Positions 15,707 through 23,675 of a DNA stretch of 41,958 nt are shown in pieces. The DNA comes from an uncultured archaeon (GTDB lineage: Archaea; Aenigmatarchaeota; Aenigmatarchaeia; QMZP01; JAFGSV01). Position 1 is the first letter of the stretch, and the number at the start of each line of letters is the position of its first letter. The position numbers and the translations under genes were made by a program. The stretch lies in assembly GCA_964640865.1 (NCBI GenBank), contig CAZXIU010000002.1, forward strand, positions 1 through 41,958, written 5' to 3'. The notes below the pieces were generated by a model, which was not told the DNA's origin, made no database searches, and was given only the letters and a program-made list of their open reading frames with translations.

Positions 15707-15967
15707 ATGAAAGCTAAGGTACTTAATTTCAGGCAGGGAAGACGCACCCAGAGAACCAACCAGCTTCTGCTCTCCGTGGAGGATGTCGACAGCAGGGGCG
15801 CTGCTTCTAAGCTTGTAGGCAGGAAAATCGTATGGAAGACGAAGTCCGGCAAGGAAATCGCAGGCAAGATTGCAGGCGCACACGGCAACAACGGCGTTGT
15901 CAGGGCAAGGTTTTCCAGAGGAGTTTCCGGTGAAGTTCTGGGAAAGGAACTAGAACTGAAGGAATAA
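15707..15967 (+). CDS. rpl35ae: Ribosomal protein L35Ae (eL33)
   Basis: Matches MKAKVLNFRQGRRTQ...GRKIVWKT.SGKEI.GKI...HGNNGVVRARF. Confidence 0.85.
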   Translation: MKAKVLNFRQGRRTQRTNQLLLSVEDVDSRGAASKLVGRKIVWKTKSGKEIAGKIAGAHGNNGVVRARFSRGVSGEVLGKELELKE

Positions 15968-16012
15968 GTCCGCAGGTTCACCCTTTTTAAAACTTTTTAT
16001 AGCATACTATAG

Positions 16013-16453
16013 ATGGCCGGACGGTATCCTTCAACGTCATTCGGTACGCATACCCAGACTGAATTGTGCAACAACTATTTCGATGTTATGGAAAACGGAA
16101 GCGACTGGCGCGATGTTGAAACAGCTTACAGGAATTTTATGAGCAATAACCATGCCGAGAGAGGCGTGGGAATACTGACGAATGACCATATGATTTCGGA
16201 TGTTGAGAAGAGCCACATGATTTACAAAGCTGAGACACTGAACAAATTCCAGAGCGCGCACGGCGTCTCGACTGTTCTTTACGACAACTGGGAAACTGAA
16301 GAACATGCTTACAAAGAACTCATGGACTTCCTGAAATTTAATTCCACAGACTTTGAGATAAGTCTAGCTGAAAAAAATCACAGACGATACGAGAGGAACA
16401 GGAAGTGGCATCTAATCAAGAAAGGCCTGTCCCTCATAGGGCATGGATTCTGA
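16013..16453 (+). CDS. Hypothetical protein (146 aa or shorter)
   Basis: ORF fills the gap between rpl35ae and trm1. No motif recognised. The start is uncertain (alternative MENGSDW). Confidence 0.5.
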   Translation: MAGRYPSTSFGTHTQTELCNNYFDVMENGSDWRDVETAYRNFMSNNHAERGVGILTNDHMISDVEKSHMIYKAETLNKFQSAHGVSTVLYDNWETEEHAYKELMDFLKFNSTDFEISLAEKNHRRYERNRKWHLIKKGLSLIGHGF

Positions 16454-16486
16454 AACGTTTTTCTTTTCACTGCCTTAAGATGTGTT

Positions 16487-17578
16487 ATGGTTAGAATAAC
16501 AGAGGGAAAGGCTGTAATTGAGATACATGAGCAGCCTGTGACCCGAAAGGCAGAGGCATTCTACAATCCTGAAATGGAATACCAGCGCGATATAACGATG
16601 TCAGCCCTGAGGATTTTTGGCAGGGGAAAGGACATGTATGTATGCGACCCTCTCGCAGGAACCGGCATAAGGAGCCTGAGGATGGCAGCAGAGGTTCCTG
16701 GCGTGAAGAGCATACTTGTGAATGACATGAGCGAAAGCGCATTCGCTGTACTGAAGAAGAACATAGGCAATGCATGCATAGAAGGCACGGAGATAAATGT
16801 CAGCAACAGGCACGCACGAGACATTTTCAGTGAAAATACCAAGGCTTTTGATTTCATAGATATAGACCCATTCGGGTCTCCGATAGGATTTCTCGAAGGG
16901 TCAGCATCGTCACTGAAAAACAGGGCGCTGTTCGCGGCAACAGCAACCGATACGGGCGCTCTATGCGGAGCATTCCCGAAAACATGCCTGAACCGATACA
17001 GCATAAAGTCATTCAAAACAGACTTCTTCAAGGAGGTCGGCATAAGGACGCTGATTACTGCAGTAATGAGAGAGATGGCTGATGAAGGCATATCATTCGA
17101 GCCAATGTATTCGCATGCGAATCACTACTTCAGGGTCATAGGCATTACAAGACGCGACTCTAAAAGAGTGGCAGCCCAGCAGAAGCTCGTAAAGGATGTT
17201 TCCTTTTGCAGCATATGCCTCTTCAGATTTGCGGGGTCTGCTGGCAAATGTCCTGAATGCGGGAGCAATTTGAATGTCATCGGACCGTTATGGACAGGAA
17301 AAATACTTGACAGAGATTTCTGCAGAAGAATGCTGAATGATCTGGAGTCAAAAGGTTACAAAAAGACAAAAGAGCTTTCAATGGCTTTGGAGGATGGCGA
17401 TTCACCTTTCTTCTATGACCTTCACAAGCTTTACAAGCTTACGAAGAAGACTCCACGGAAGATTCGCGATGTCATAGGGTGCCTTGAGGAAAATGGTTTC
17501 AAAGCGACCAGAACTTATCTCTCGGGGACAGGTATCAGGACAGACGCTCCCTATGGGAAGATTATCAACTGCCTATGA
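16487..17578 (+). CDS. trm1: tRNA (guanine26-N2)-dimethyltransferase
   Basis: Contains FYNPEMEYQRD, DPLAGTGIRSLR, IDIDPFGSP and a C-terminal Cys4 cluster (CSIC...CPECG). Confidence 0.9.
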   Translation: MVRITEGKAVIEIHEQPVTRKAEAFYNPEMEYQRDITMSALRIFGRGKDMYVCDPLAGTGIRSLRMAAEVPGVKSILVNDMSESAFAVLKKNIGNACIEGTEINVSNRHARDIFSENTKAFDFIDIDPFGSPIGFLEGSASSLKNRALFAATATDTGALCGAFPKTCLNRYSIKSFKTDFFKEVGIRTLITAVMREMADEGISFEPMYSHANHYFRVIGITRRDSKRVAAQQKLVKDVSFCSICLFRFAGSAGKCPECGSNLNVIGPLWTGKILDRDFCRRMLNDLESKGYKKTKELSMALEDGDSPFFYDLHKLYKLTKKTPRKIRDVIGCLEENGFKATRTYLSGTGIRTDAPYGKIINCL

Positions 17579-18136
17579 CTCTTCACCAGTCTCTTCGCGC
17601 CTTTCCTTCATGCCTTCATCCGCAAGCATCTCTAGCGACGCCTCAGCTGTGGTCACAGTCTTCATTCCGTACTTTTCCTTGCACCAGTTCATGAAATTGT
17701 TTATGTAGTCCCTGCACATATGCACGTAACTCTCGCGCATCTTGGCGTAGAACATGTAGTTGTAGAAAATCCAAATGTACTTGGTGAACCAGTTAACATT
17801 TCCGAATGAGTTCTTTATCTCACCGTATAGCTCGAGGCTGAAATCGCCGTCCTTCTTTCCCTTGGAAACATAACCGAGTGCACGGAGGGTGATGAACATG
17901 TTCGTGAACCTGCTGAATTCCTTTTTCACCACCCATTCGTTATAGAACCTTATGGGATCGCCTGTGTAATCCCATAACAGTTTCTTTTCCATGCATCTGG
18001 TGCTGGAGACATCAAATATGAACCTCAGGTTCTTTCTGAGGTTCGAAAGGAATCCCACAGGGTCAGGCCCTGAGTAGCTTATCCATGTCATTCTTCGCGG
18101 TACAAGGCATTCGTCTGTTATTACAAGCTTACCCAT
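17573..18136 (-). CDS. Hypothetical protein, paralog A of a tandem pair (187 aa)
   Basis: Shares its layout with the upstream 177-aa ORF: Y.GP.P near the N-terminus, a central beta-like segment, an aromatic-rich C-terminal helix, and ...EKYG/EQYG. It has an additional acidic tail. Confidence 0.6.
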   Translation of the reverse strand: MGKLVITDECLVPRRMTWISYSGPDPVGFLSNLRKNLRFIFDVSSTRCMEKKLLWDYTGDPIRFYNEWVVKKEFSRFTNMFITLRALGYVSKGKKDGDFSLELYGEIKNSFGNVNWFTKYIWIFYNYMFYAKMRESYVHMCRDYINNFMNWCKEKYGMKTVTTAEASLEMLADEGMKERREETGEES

Positions 18137-18662
18137 ACTGCTCCCTCAGGTCCTTGAAGTAATCAATAAGCTGCTGCTGCATCATTGAAAGCAGATTCCT
18201 TCCTTCAAGAATGTATTCCCTTCGCCTGTTGTGATAGAACATCCTGTGCCAGAATACCCTGATCATCTCATAGAATATAGTCCTCTGCCAAAGCGTGTCC
18301 TGCGGGTACTCGGTCCTGAGAAGAGGCCTTATTGTTATGCTAGCTTTTCCTGCCTTCTCGGTGCCCTCCCCTTTGACATCTATCCTTATGAAGAAGTAAG
18401 TGAACTTGTCGAGATTCCTGTGAAGGAAGAACCGCACATTGAATTTCTCTTTCTCGCCCTTGCCCCAGTCGAATATTTCCTCATGGAGGTCGGATTCAGT
18501 TGCATTGAAGACAGACTTCACAAGCTCCCTTGTCTTCGGGTACAGCTTCATCGGATTCGGGCCTACATAGCTGTGTATGGAACGCGGTGAGCCTTTTGCT
18601 GTTCCCTTCGGAGGGAAAATCTCCTCCTCAACGAGCATTTTCATTCTTGCTAATATCGGCAT
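18129..18662 (-). CDS. Hypothetical protein, paralog B of a tandem pair (177 aa)
   Basis: See paralog A. Overlaps it by 8 nt, implying co-translation. Confidence 0.6.
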   Translation of the reverse strand: MPILARMKMLVEEEIFPPKGTAKGSPRSIHSYVGPNPMKLYPKTRELVKSVFNATESDLHEEIFDWGKGEKEKFNVRFFLHRNLDKFTYFFIRIDVKGEGTEKAGKASITIRPLLRTEYPQDTLWQRTIFYEMIRVFWHRMFYHNRRREYILEGRNLLSMMQQQLIDYFKDLREQYG

Positions 18663-18713
18663 AGTGCATCACATACCCTATTTTTATTAATTCGTGAATA
18701 GATTATTAAATAT
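18663..18713. promoter_or_regulatory. Divergent promoter region (TATA-like TTTTTATTAA and ATTATTAAATAT)
   Basis: AT-rich 51-nt spacer between divergently oriented genes. A similar box, CATTTTATTAAT, lies about 30 nt upstream of the ATG at 18923. Confidence 0.4.
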
Positions 18714-18884
18714 ATGTTCGGATTATGGGGTCTTGCTTTCGGAATTATTCTTCTTGCTTTCGGAGTTTTCGCTATATTCTTCTTCCCGAGTTCTCAGACG
18801 CATCAGGAGGAATCCCTTGCAGTAGGAGGCATTGTCATGGGTGTGATTGCCATTGTGATAGGCGCAATGCTCGTGTTCTGGTAG
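18714..18884 (+). CDS. Small two-helix membrane protein (56 aa, below the ORF-track cutoff)
   Basis: Hand translation gives MFGLWGLAFGIILLAFGVFAIFFFPSSQTHQEESLAVGGIVMGVIAIVIGAMLVFW. It sits at the head of the plus-strand unknown cluster. Confidence 0.5.
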   Translation: MFGLWGLAFGIILLAFGVFAIFFFPSSQTHQEESLAVGGIVMGVIAIVIGAMLVFW

Positions 18885-18922
18885 TTAAAACATTTTATTA
18901 ATTTATCCTATAATAGTTCTTT

Positions 18923-20623
18923 ATGGCTGGAGACAAGGAAATCGATGTAAAGACATTGGACAGGACCAACGAGCCTGATGTGCTGATATTTGACTGGCTG
19001 TGGAAATGGAAAGATGAAAACAAAGGAATTCTCAACGGCGGAGAAGCCATGTGCAACTGGCCTCCTGACCAGACAGTGATGATGAATGCCACAACACCCC
19101 TTGGTCACGGCAATCTCATTTATGCCATACTCACGTACACCATGCCGAAGTTTCATTATTCTTTTTACAAACTCTCGGAGAGCCTTACTGTGTCGCCTTC
19201 ATATCCGGAGATGTACGGAAGGATAATATCCAAGAAACGGGAAATCGAGGGGCACATAAAATCAGGAATGGCGTCAGCTGCGCAGGCTGTTGCCGATTAT
19301 GACCTTCTTAAGCACGACGAAAGGAAGTATCGTGAGGTACTGGACTACTTCAAGGAAGGAAACAAGGACGAGCATGTGCTCAGGTCGCTCTTCATAGACA
19401 GGGTGGATGCACATACAGGTGAGGGCTATTCGATGATTTCAATGACAAAGAGGTGGCCTACCATAATCACAGACTTCATAAGGCTTTCAATTGTTCCCAA
19501 GGACGAACGGGCTGACACCAAGAAAATAAGAAAGCAGCTAGAGATTTCAGAGGCAGAGGCAACTGTGCTGAAGACCAAGGACAGGATATTCAATGAATGG
19601 AAAACAATCTTCTTCCCTGACATAAAGGACAGGTATGCAAGGATAAAGAACCTTCTTGAGGCAAGGAAGAAGTCCATAGACGAGTACCGGGAATGGCTGA
19701 AGCCGTATGTGGCCAACCTCAAGATGATGAGGGAAGGAACTGAAATCAATCCTTCCCAGGTTCTCACGAAAGCAATAACCCCTTGGCACAAGCCCAATGC
19801 CATGTACGAGGTAAGGCTTCTCATGTGGAAGATGTTCACAGCAGAGGAGGTAGGCAAGCCCGGTTTCGTTGAGGGCGAGATAGAACCGTATGATGATTTT
19901 GTCAGGAGACTGACACCAAAAATAGAGAAGCATTACGAAATCCGCATAGTGAAGTCAAGGAAGGACGCCAAAAAGATAATTGATAAGGAGAACCTCGTGG
20001 AAGACGACGTGATAGTGGTCGACGAGATGCTCGCCAAGTGGTACAAGGGCGAGGACAGGCATAATTACGAGGGCGACCCTCCTATATCAAAAGACAGGTA
20101 CTACTACTGCATGTACGACATAGAGATAATCAGCCCGATATTCAAGATGGAGGCAGGCAAAGAGGAAGTGGATGACTGGAACTGCATGATAACACCATTT
20201 CTTGTCAGCCAGAACATTGTGCTTCTCGCGCTCCTTGAGATAGAAGCGAAAGAACGCTGGATGAAGAAGTACGTAAAGGAGCTGATAGGGGTCAGGGAAA
20301 TCGAGGACAAGATAAGAAAGGAAGTCGAGAAGAGATACGGGCTTGATGATTCAGAAGAGAAGAAGAGCATATTTGCATTCTACAAGAACATGAAAGCGAG
20401 GAACAAGGCTTTTGGCGACCGGTTCGATGACTGGGTTCTCTATAACAAGCCTAAGATGAGGCATGTGCTCAAGTACTTCATGAGGATAGGGCCATACGAG
20501 ACTGTTACGAATGAAAGGCTTTCGAAGATGTACGGAAGGTATATGGGAGGAGGTTACACAGACCCTCTCATAAAGTTCGTCAAGGCTCAGTTTGGCAAAT
20601 TGTCAGGCGTTCAGCCTCCATAG
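18923..20623 (+). CDS. Hypothetical protein (566 aa), no recognisable domain
   Basis: Long ORF, Lys/Glu/Trp/Tyr-rich, with predicted helical/coiled stretches. No P-loop, nuclease or TM motif was seen. Confidence 0.7.
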   Translation: MAGDKEIDVKTLDRTNEPDVLIFDWLWKWKDENKGILNGGEAMCNWPPDQTVMMNATTPLGHGNLIYAILTYTMPKFHYSFYKLSESLTVSPSYPEMYGRIISKKREIEGHIKSGMASAAQAVADYDLLKHDERKYREVLDYFKEGNKDEHVLRSLFIDRVDAHTGEGYSMISMTKRWPTIITDFIRLSIVPKDERADTKKIRKQLEISEAEATVLKTKDRIFNEWKTIFFPDIKDRYARIKNLLEARKKSIDEYREWLKPYVANLKMMREGTEINPSQVLTKAITPWHKPNAMYEVRLLMWKMFTAEEVGKPGFVEGEIEPYDDFVRRLTPKIEKHYEIRIVKSRKDAKKIIDKENLVEDDVIVVDEMLAKWYKGEDRHNYEGDPPISKDRYYYCMYDIEIISPIFKMEAGKEEVDDWNCMITPFLVSQNIVLLALLEIEAKERWMKKYVKELIGVREIEDKIRKEVEKRYGLDDSEEKKSIFAFYKNMKARNKAFGDRFDDWVLYNKPKMRHVLKYFMRIGPYETVTNERLSKMYGRYMGGGYTDPLIKFVKAQFGKLSGVQPP

Positions 20624-20631
20624 GTGTTTCT

Positions 20632-22434
20632 ATGCCGTTTAAGGTTGGTGTAACAACAGGACTCTATTATATCGCCCATGATGTCAGCCTTGCGAGTACC
20701 GTGAAGAAAATCGGTTATACCCTTACAAGGGGAGCAAGTGTTGTCGAGATATCAGGCGACACACCCCACGAGATAACCGAGACAGAAGGCACTGAGATAA
20801 GGAACGTCAAGAAGAACCAGGGGCTTGAAACGCTTTTTCACGGCAGCCTCACAGTGCCGATGTGCATGCCTGAGCGTACGGACTGGAGGGATGCACAGGA
20901 CCACATGGAGAAGTCCATGCGTTCGGCTGTCAACGGAGGATGTCACTACGTTCTTTTCCACGCATGCCTTCATTTCTGGGTCGAACTGCTCACATACACA
21001 GGTACCAAGCTCACGATTACCATGTGCGACCATGACGGGCGTTTCATTTCCGAGATACTCTACGAGAATGCTCGCCTGAGGAAATGGTTCGTCAAGAACA
21101 TGCGAAACCTCGGTGACATTCAGTATCACAGCATGATATTGAGCGAGGATGAAATTTATGATGCCCAGTACAAAGCCCACGGAAGAATGAGGGCATGGCA
21201 GGATGACGAGACCAAGAAGAGGGTTGAAAATCTCTACAAAGAACTGGGAATGAAAGACATAGAGGGGAAAAGCAACCTTACACCTGATGAGGCCAGGAGG
21301 TACAACAAGTACAGAATAGAAGCAGAAGCCATACGTCAGGAGGTCGGCTCTGAATCCGGTGCCAAGGAAGCCAGACTCGTGAGAGAATATGTTGACAAGG
21401 AGGTCGAGAAGAAGCTTTCCAGAGATACTTATGAAACAAGAAAATGGCGGATAGACACATACGGAAGGCTTGTGGACGCGTACAAGGTCATGGCTCATTA
21501 CCTTTTCTTCACAAAGGACCCGCAGTGGTTGGCTATGACAGATGTCTATTCAGGCCTCATGAAGAGATACAAGATGGATTATAATGATGATGAATGGCTT
21601 ATGAAGTCATGGGACATGGCGGAAAAGAACAATGATACAGAGTTCAAGCAGTTCTTCTATGCAGTTGTTGGCGCCAAGTTCCTCGAGGGGCATCTGAAGA
21701 AGCTCGAGAGCTGGAAAAACAATGAATTTATCGAGAAAGAGCTAAAGGGCAAGCCAGACCTTCAGGAGATTGCCCGCAACCTTCAGGTGACAATAGAGAT
21801 ACCCGACGCCAGAGACCCAAAATATGCCGGGCGCTACATGCTCTCGCATCCGAAGCAGATATATTCAGCTGTGAAGACAACAAGGGAGCAGATAAAGAAA
21901 AGCAACATATGGATGACCATAGACAACGAGCACCTTGCAACGCAGGGCTACGATCCATGGGTAGAGGGAAAGATGATGGCCGAGAAATATCCGGACTACG
22001 GAAGCATGGTGCAGTCAGTGCACGCCACTTATCCGACGCCGCTGCATTCCCACTATCCCATAGAGCTCGGGCAGGTTGAAGTCTATGAGCTTTTGTGGTA
22101 CCTGAGGACAGCTGGCATGGGAAAAAAGAACAATGTCTTCCTGATATTCGAGCGAGGCGGGGGGGATGACCCGTTCAGGCAGTCCGTGGATGCGCTGAAG
22201 CTTATGGCCAAGTTCCTCGATCAGGACGTGAAACCAGAGGACCTTCCAATAGAATTCTTCGGTCTCGAGAAGACAGCTTTCGATAAGAAGCGGCAGTCGC
22301 AGATAATGATGGACCACAGGTTCGATGTGCTCAAGGACCTGTTTGAGATGCCGGAAGAGGAATGGGGACTGCTTTCAACTTCAGCAGTGAAGAAGGGCAA
22401 GAGGGACATCTTCAAGAAGGAAGATCTTAGGTGA
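20632..22434 (+). CDS. Endonuclease IV / xylose-isomerase-like TIM-barrel protein with a large (~240 aa) helical insertion
   Basis: Blocks align to Nfo metal ligands: LFHG (H70), LFHAC (H110), VTIEI (E389), TIDNEHLATQGYD (D431, H434), VHAT (H464), LHSH (H472/H474) and IFERGG (E507). Nfo has about 35 residues between the second His and the Glu; here there are about 280. Confidence 0.65.
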   Translation: MPFKVGVTTGLYYIAHDVSLASTVKKIGYTLTRGASVVEISGDTPHEITETEGTEIRNVKKNQGLETLFHGSLTVPMCMPERTDWRDAQDHMEKSMRSAVNGGCHYVLFHACLHFWVELLTYTGTKLTITMCDHDGRFISEILYENARLRKWFVKNMRNLGDIQYHSMILSEDEIYDAQYKAHGRMRAWQDDETKKRVENLYKELGMKDIEGKSNLTPDEARRYNKYRIEAEAIRQEVGSESGAKEARLVREYVDKEVEKKLSRDTYETRKWRIDTYGRLVDAYKVMAHYLFFTKDPQWLAMTDVYSGLMKRYKMDYNDDEWLMKSWDMAEKNNDTEFKQFFYAVVGAKFLEGHLKKLESWKNNEFIEKELKGKPDLQEIARNLQVTIEIPDARDPKYAGRYMLSHPKQIYSAVKTTREQIKKSNIWMTIDNEHLATQGYDPWVEGKMMAEKYPDYGSMVQSVHATYPTPLHSHYPIELGQVEVYELLWYLRTAGMGKKNNVFLIFERGGGDDPFRQSVDALKLMAKFLDQDVKPEDLPIEFFGLEKTAFDKKRQSQIMMDHRFDVLKDLFEMPEEEWGLLSTSAVKKGKRDIFKKEDLR

Positions 22435-22463
22435 TTTTTAATAAATGAGGGGTAATTATAGGA

Positions 22464-23675
22464 ATGGCTGTAAAAAAGGTTGATTCTGAACCGAAGACTG
22501 AAGTATCAATGGATGAATCTGATTTCGTTGAAATGGACTTCAAGAAGAAGGAGTCCAAGAAGCCTGACGAGATAGAGGAAGTCAACGACAAGAAGGAACG
22601 GATAGACATACTCAAAAGGTTCACAAAGGAAGTTCTGAAGAGGCACGGCGCGCTCATAAGGTCTGTTGTCCTTTTCGGTTCAACTGCAAGGGAAGAATGG
22701 GAAGGCAAGTCAGACATAGATGTTTTCGTTATAATTGATGACACAAGGCAGAAGATAACGCCGATGACCAAGGATAAGCTTGACAGGGATCTGGTGGAGA
22801 TTTCCAAGAGCATACATTCGCAGCTTTCAGTGCAGCAGCCGTACCTGCTGACAGAGTTCTGGAACATGGTAAGGCTCGGCCATCCGATAGTTTTCAATTT
22901 CATCAGGGAGGGCGTTCCGATATACGACAAGGACACATTCCTTCCGATAAAGCGCCTGCTTCAGATGGGAGAGATAAAACCCAGCAAGGAGGCTGTCGAG
23001 AAGTACATAGAAAGGGCACCCAAGAGGATAAAGCGGGTGGAGAACGCCAAGATGTACATGGTCGTTGAGGACTGCTACTATGCGATGATGGAATCCGCGC
23101 AGGCTGTGCTCATGTTTCTAGGCGAGACGCCGCCAAGACCTTCGGATGCAGCAGATGCACTGAGAAGGTCAACTGTGAAGATAAAGCTTCTTGAACCCAA
23201 GTTCGCTGACTGGATGGAGGAAATGGTAGCCACAAGAAAAGACGTGGAGCACAGGAAGAAACAGTCCATGTCAGGTGAGGAGCTCGACCGCTGGATAAAG
23301 AAGACAAAGCAGTTTGTGAAGAGGATGCAGCAGCTCATTGTGAGAATAGAGATAATGAAGAGGGAGAACATAATAGAGAAGTCCTATGACATAATGAAAG
23401 AGACCACGATAACCCTCCTCAAGGCCACGAAGCAGATGCCTAAGAAAGGCAACCCTGAAATAGAAAAGCTTTTCGAGACGAAGCTCGTGAAAACAGGGCT
23501 GATTTCAGACAGCTATCTCACGGCATTCAAGGAACTCAGGAAGCTGAAGGATTCCTCTGCTGATGGCAAATCCCTTGAGATGCCGAAGCAGCACATTCTG
23601 CTGCAGAGGGAATACGTCAGAAAGTTCATACGCGAGGTCGGGAAGATACTCAAGGAAAAGAAGTACACAGAGTGA
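22464..23675 (+). CDS. Nucleotidyltransferase (Pol-beta/MNT type) fused to a HEPN domain, with a Lys/Glu-rich N-terminal tail and an extra C-terminal helical region
   Basis: NTase motif LFGSTAREEWEGKSDIDVFVII. HEPN-type Rx4H motif RKDVEH in the central helical domain. Confidence 0.75.
   Translation: MAVKKVDSEPKTEVSMDESDFVEMDFKKKESKKPDEIEEVNDKKERIDILKRFTKEVLKRHGALIRSVVLFGSTAREEWEGKSDIDVFVIIDDTRQKITPMTKDKLDRDLVEISKSIHSQLSVQQPYLLTEFWNMVRLGHPIVFNFIREGVPIYDKDTFLPIKRLLQMGEIKPSKEAVEKYIERAPKRIKRVENAKMYMVVEDCYYAMMESAQAVLMFLGETPPRPSDAADALRRSTVKIKLLEPKFADWMEEMVATRKDVEHRKKQSMSGEELDRWIKKTKQFVKRMQQLIVRIEIMKRENIIEKSYDIMKETTITLLKATKQMPKKGNPEIEKLFETKLVKTGLISDSYLTAFKELRKLKDSSADGKSLEMPKQHILLQREYVRKFIREVGKILKEKKYTE

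Noticed and set aside
21055-21075. YEN at residues 144-146 of the 600-aa protein as the equivalent of the Nfo IEN (E145) block
   Set aside because: The numbering coincidence is tempting. However, the downstream spacing to the D..H block and the flanking sequence (g..l...p.....) fit far better with VTIEI at E389, so YEN is probably part of the insertion.
20752-21498. 248-aa antisense ORF inside the 600-aa gene, and similar long antisense ORFs at 16561-17091, 22427-22936, 33534-34022 and 36212-36868
   Set aside because: Each is fully embedded antisense in a gene with recognisable motifs (Nfo-like, Trm1, NTase-HEPN, SRP54, Pus10). Each has Ser/Leu/Pro-rich shadow-ORF composition.
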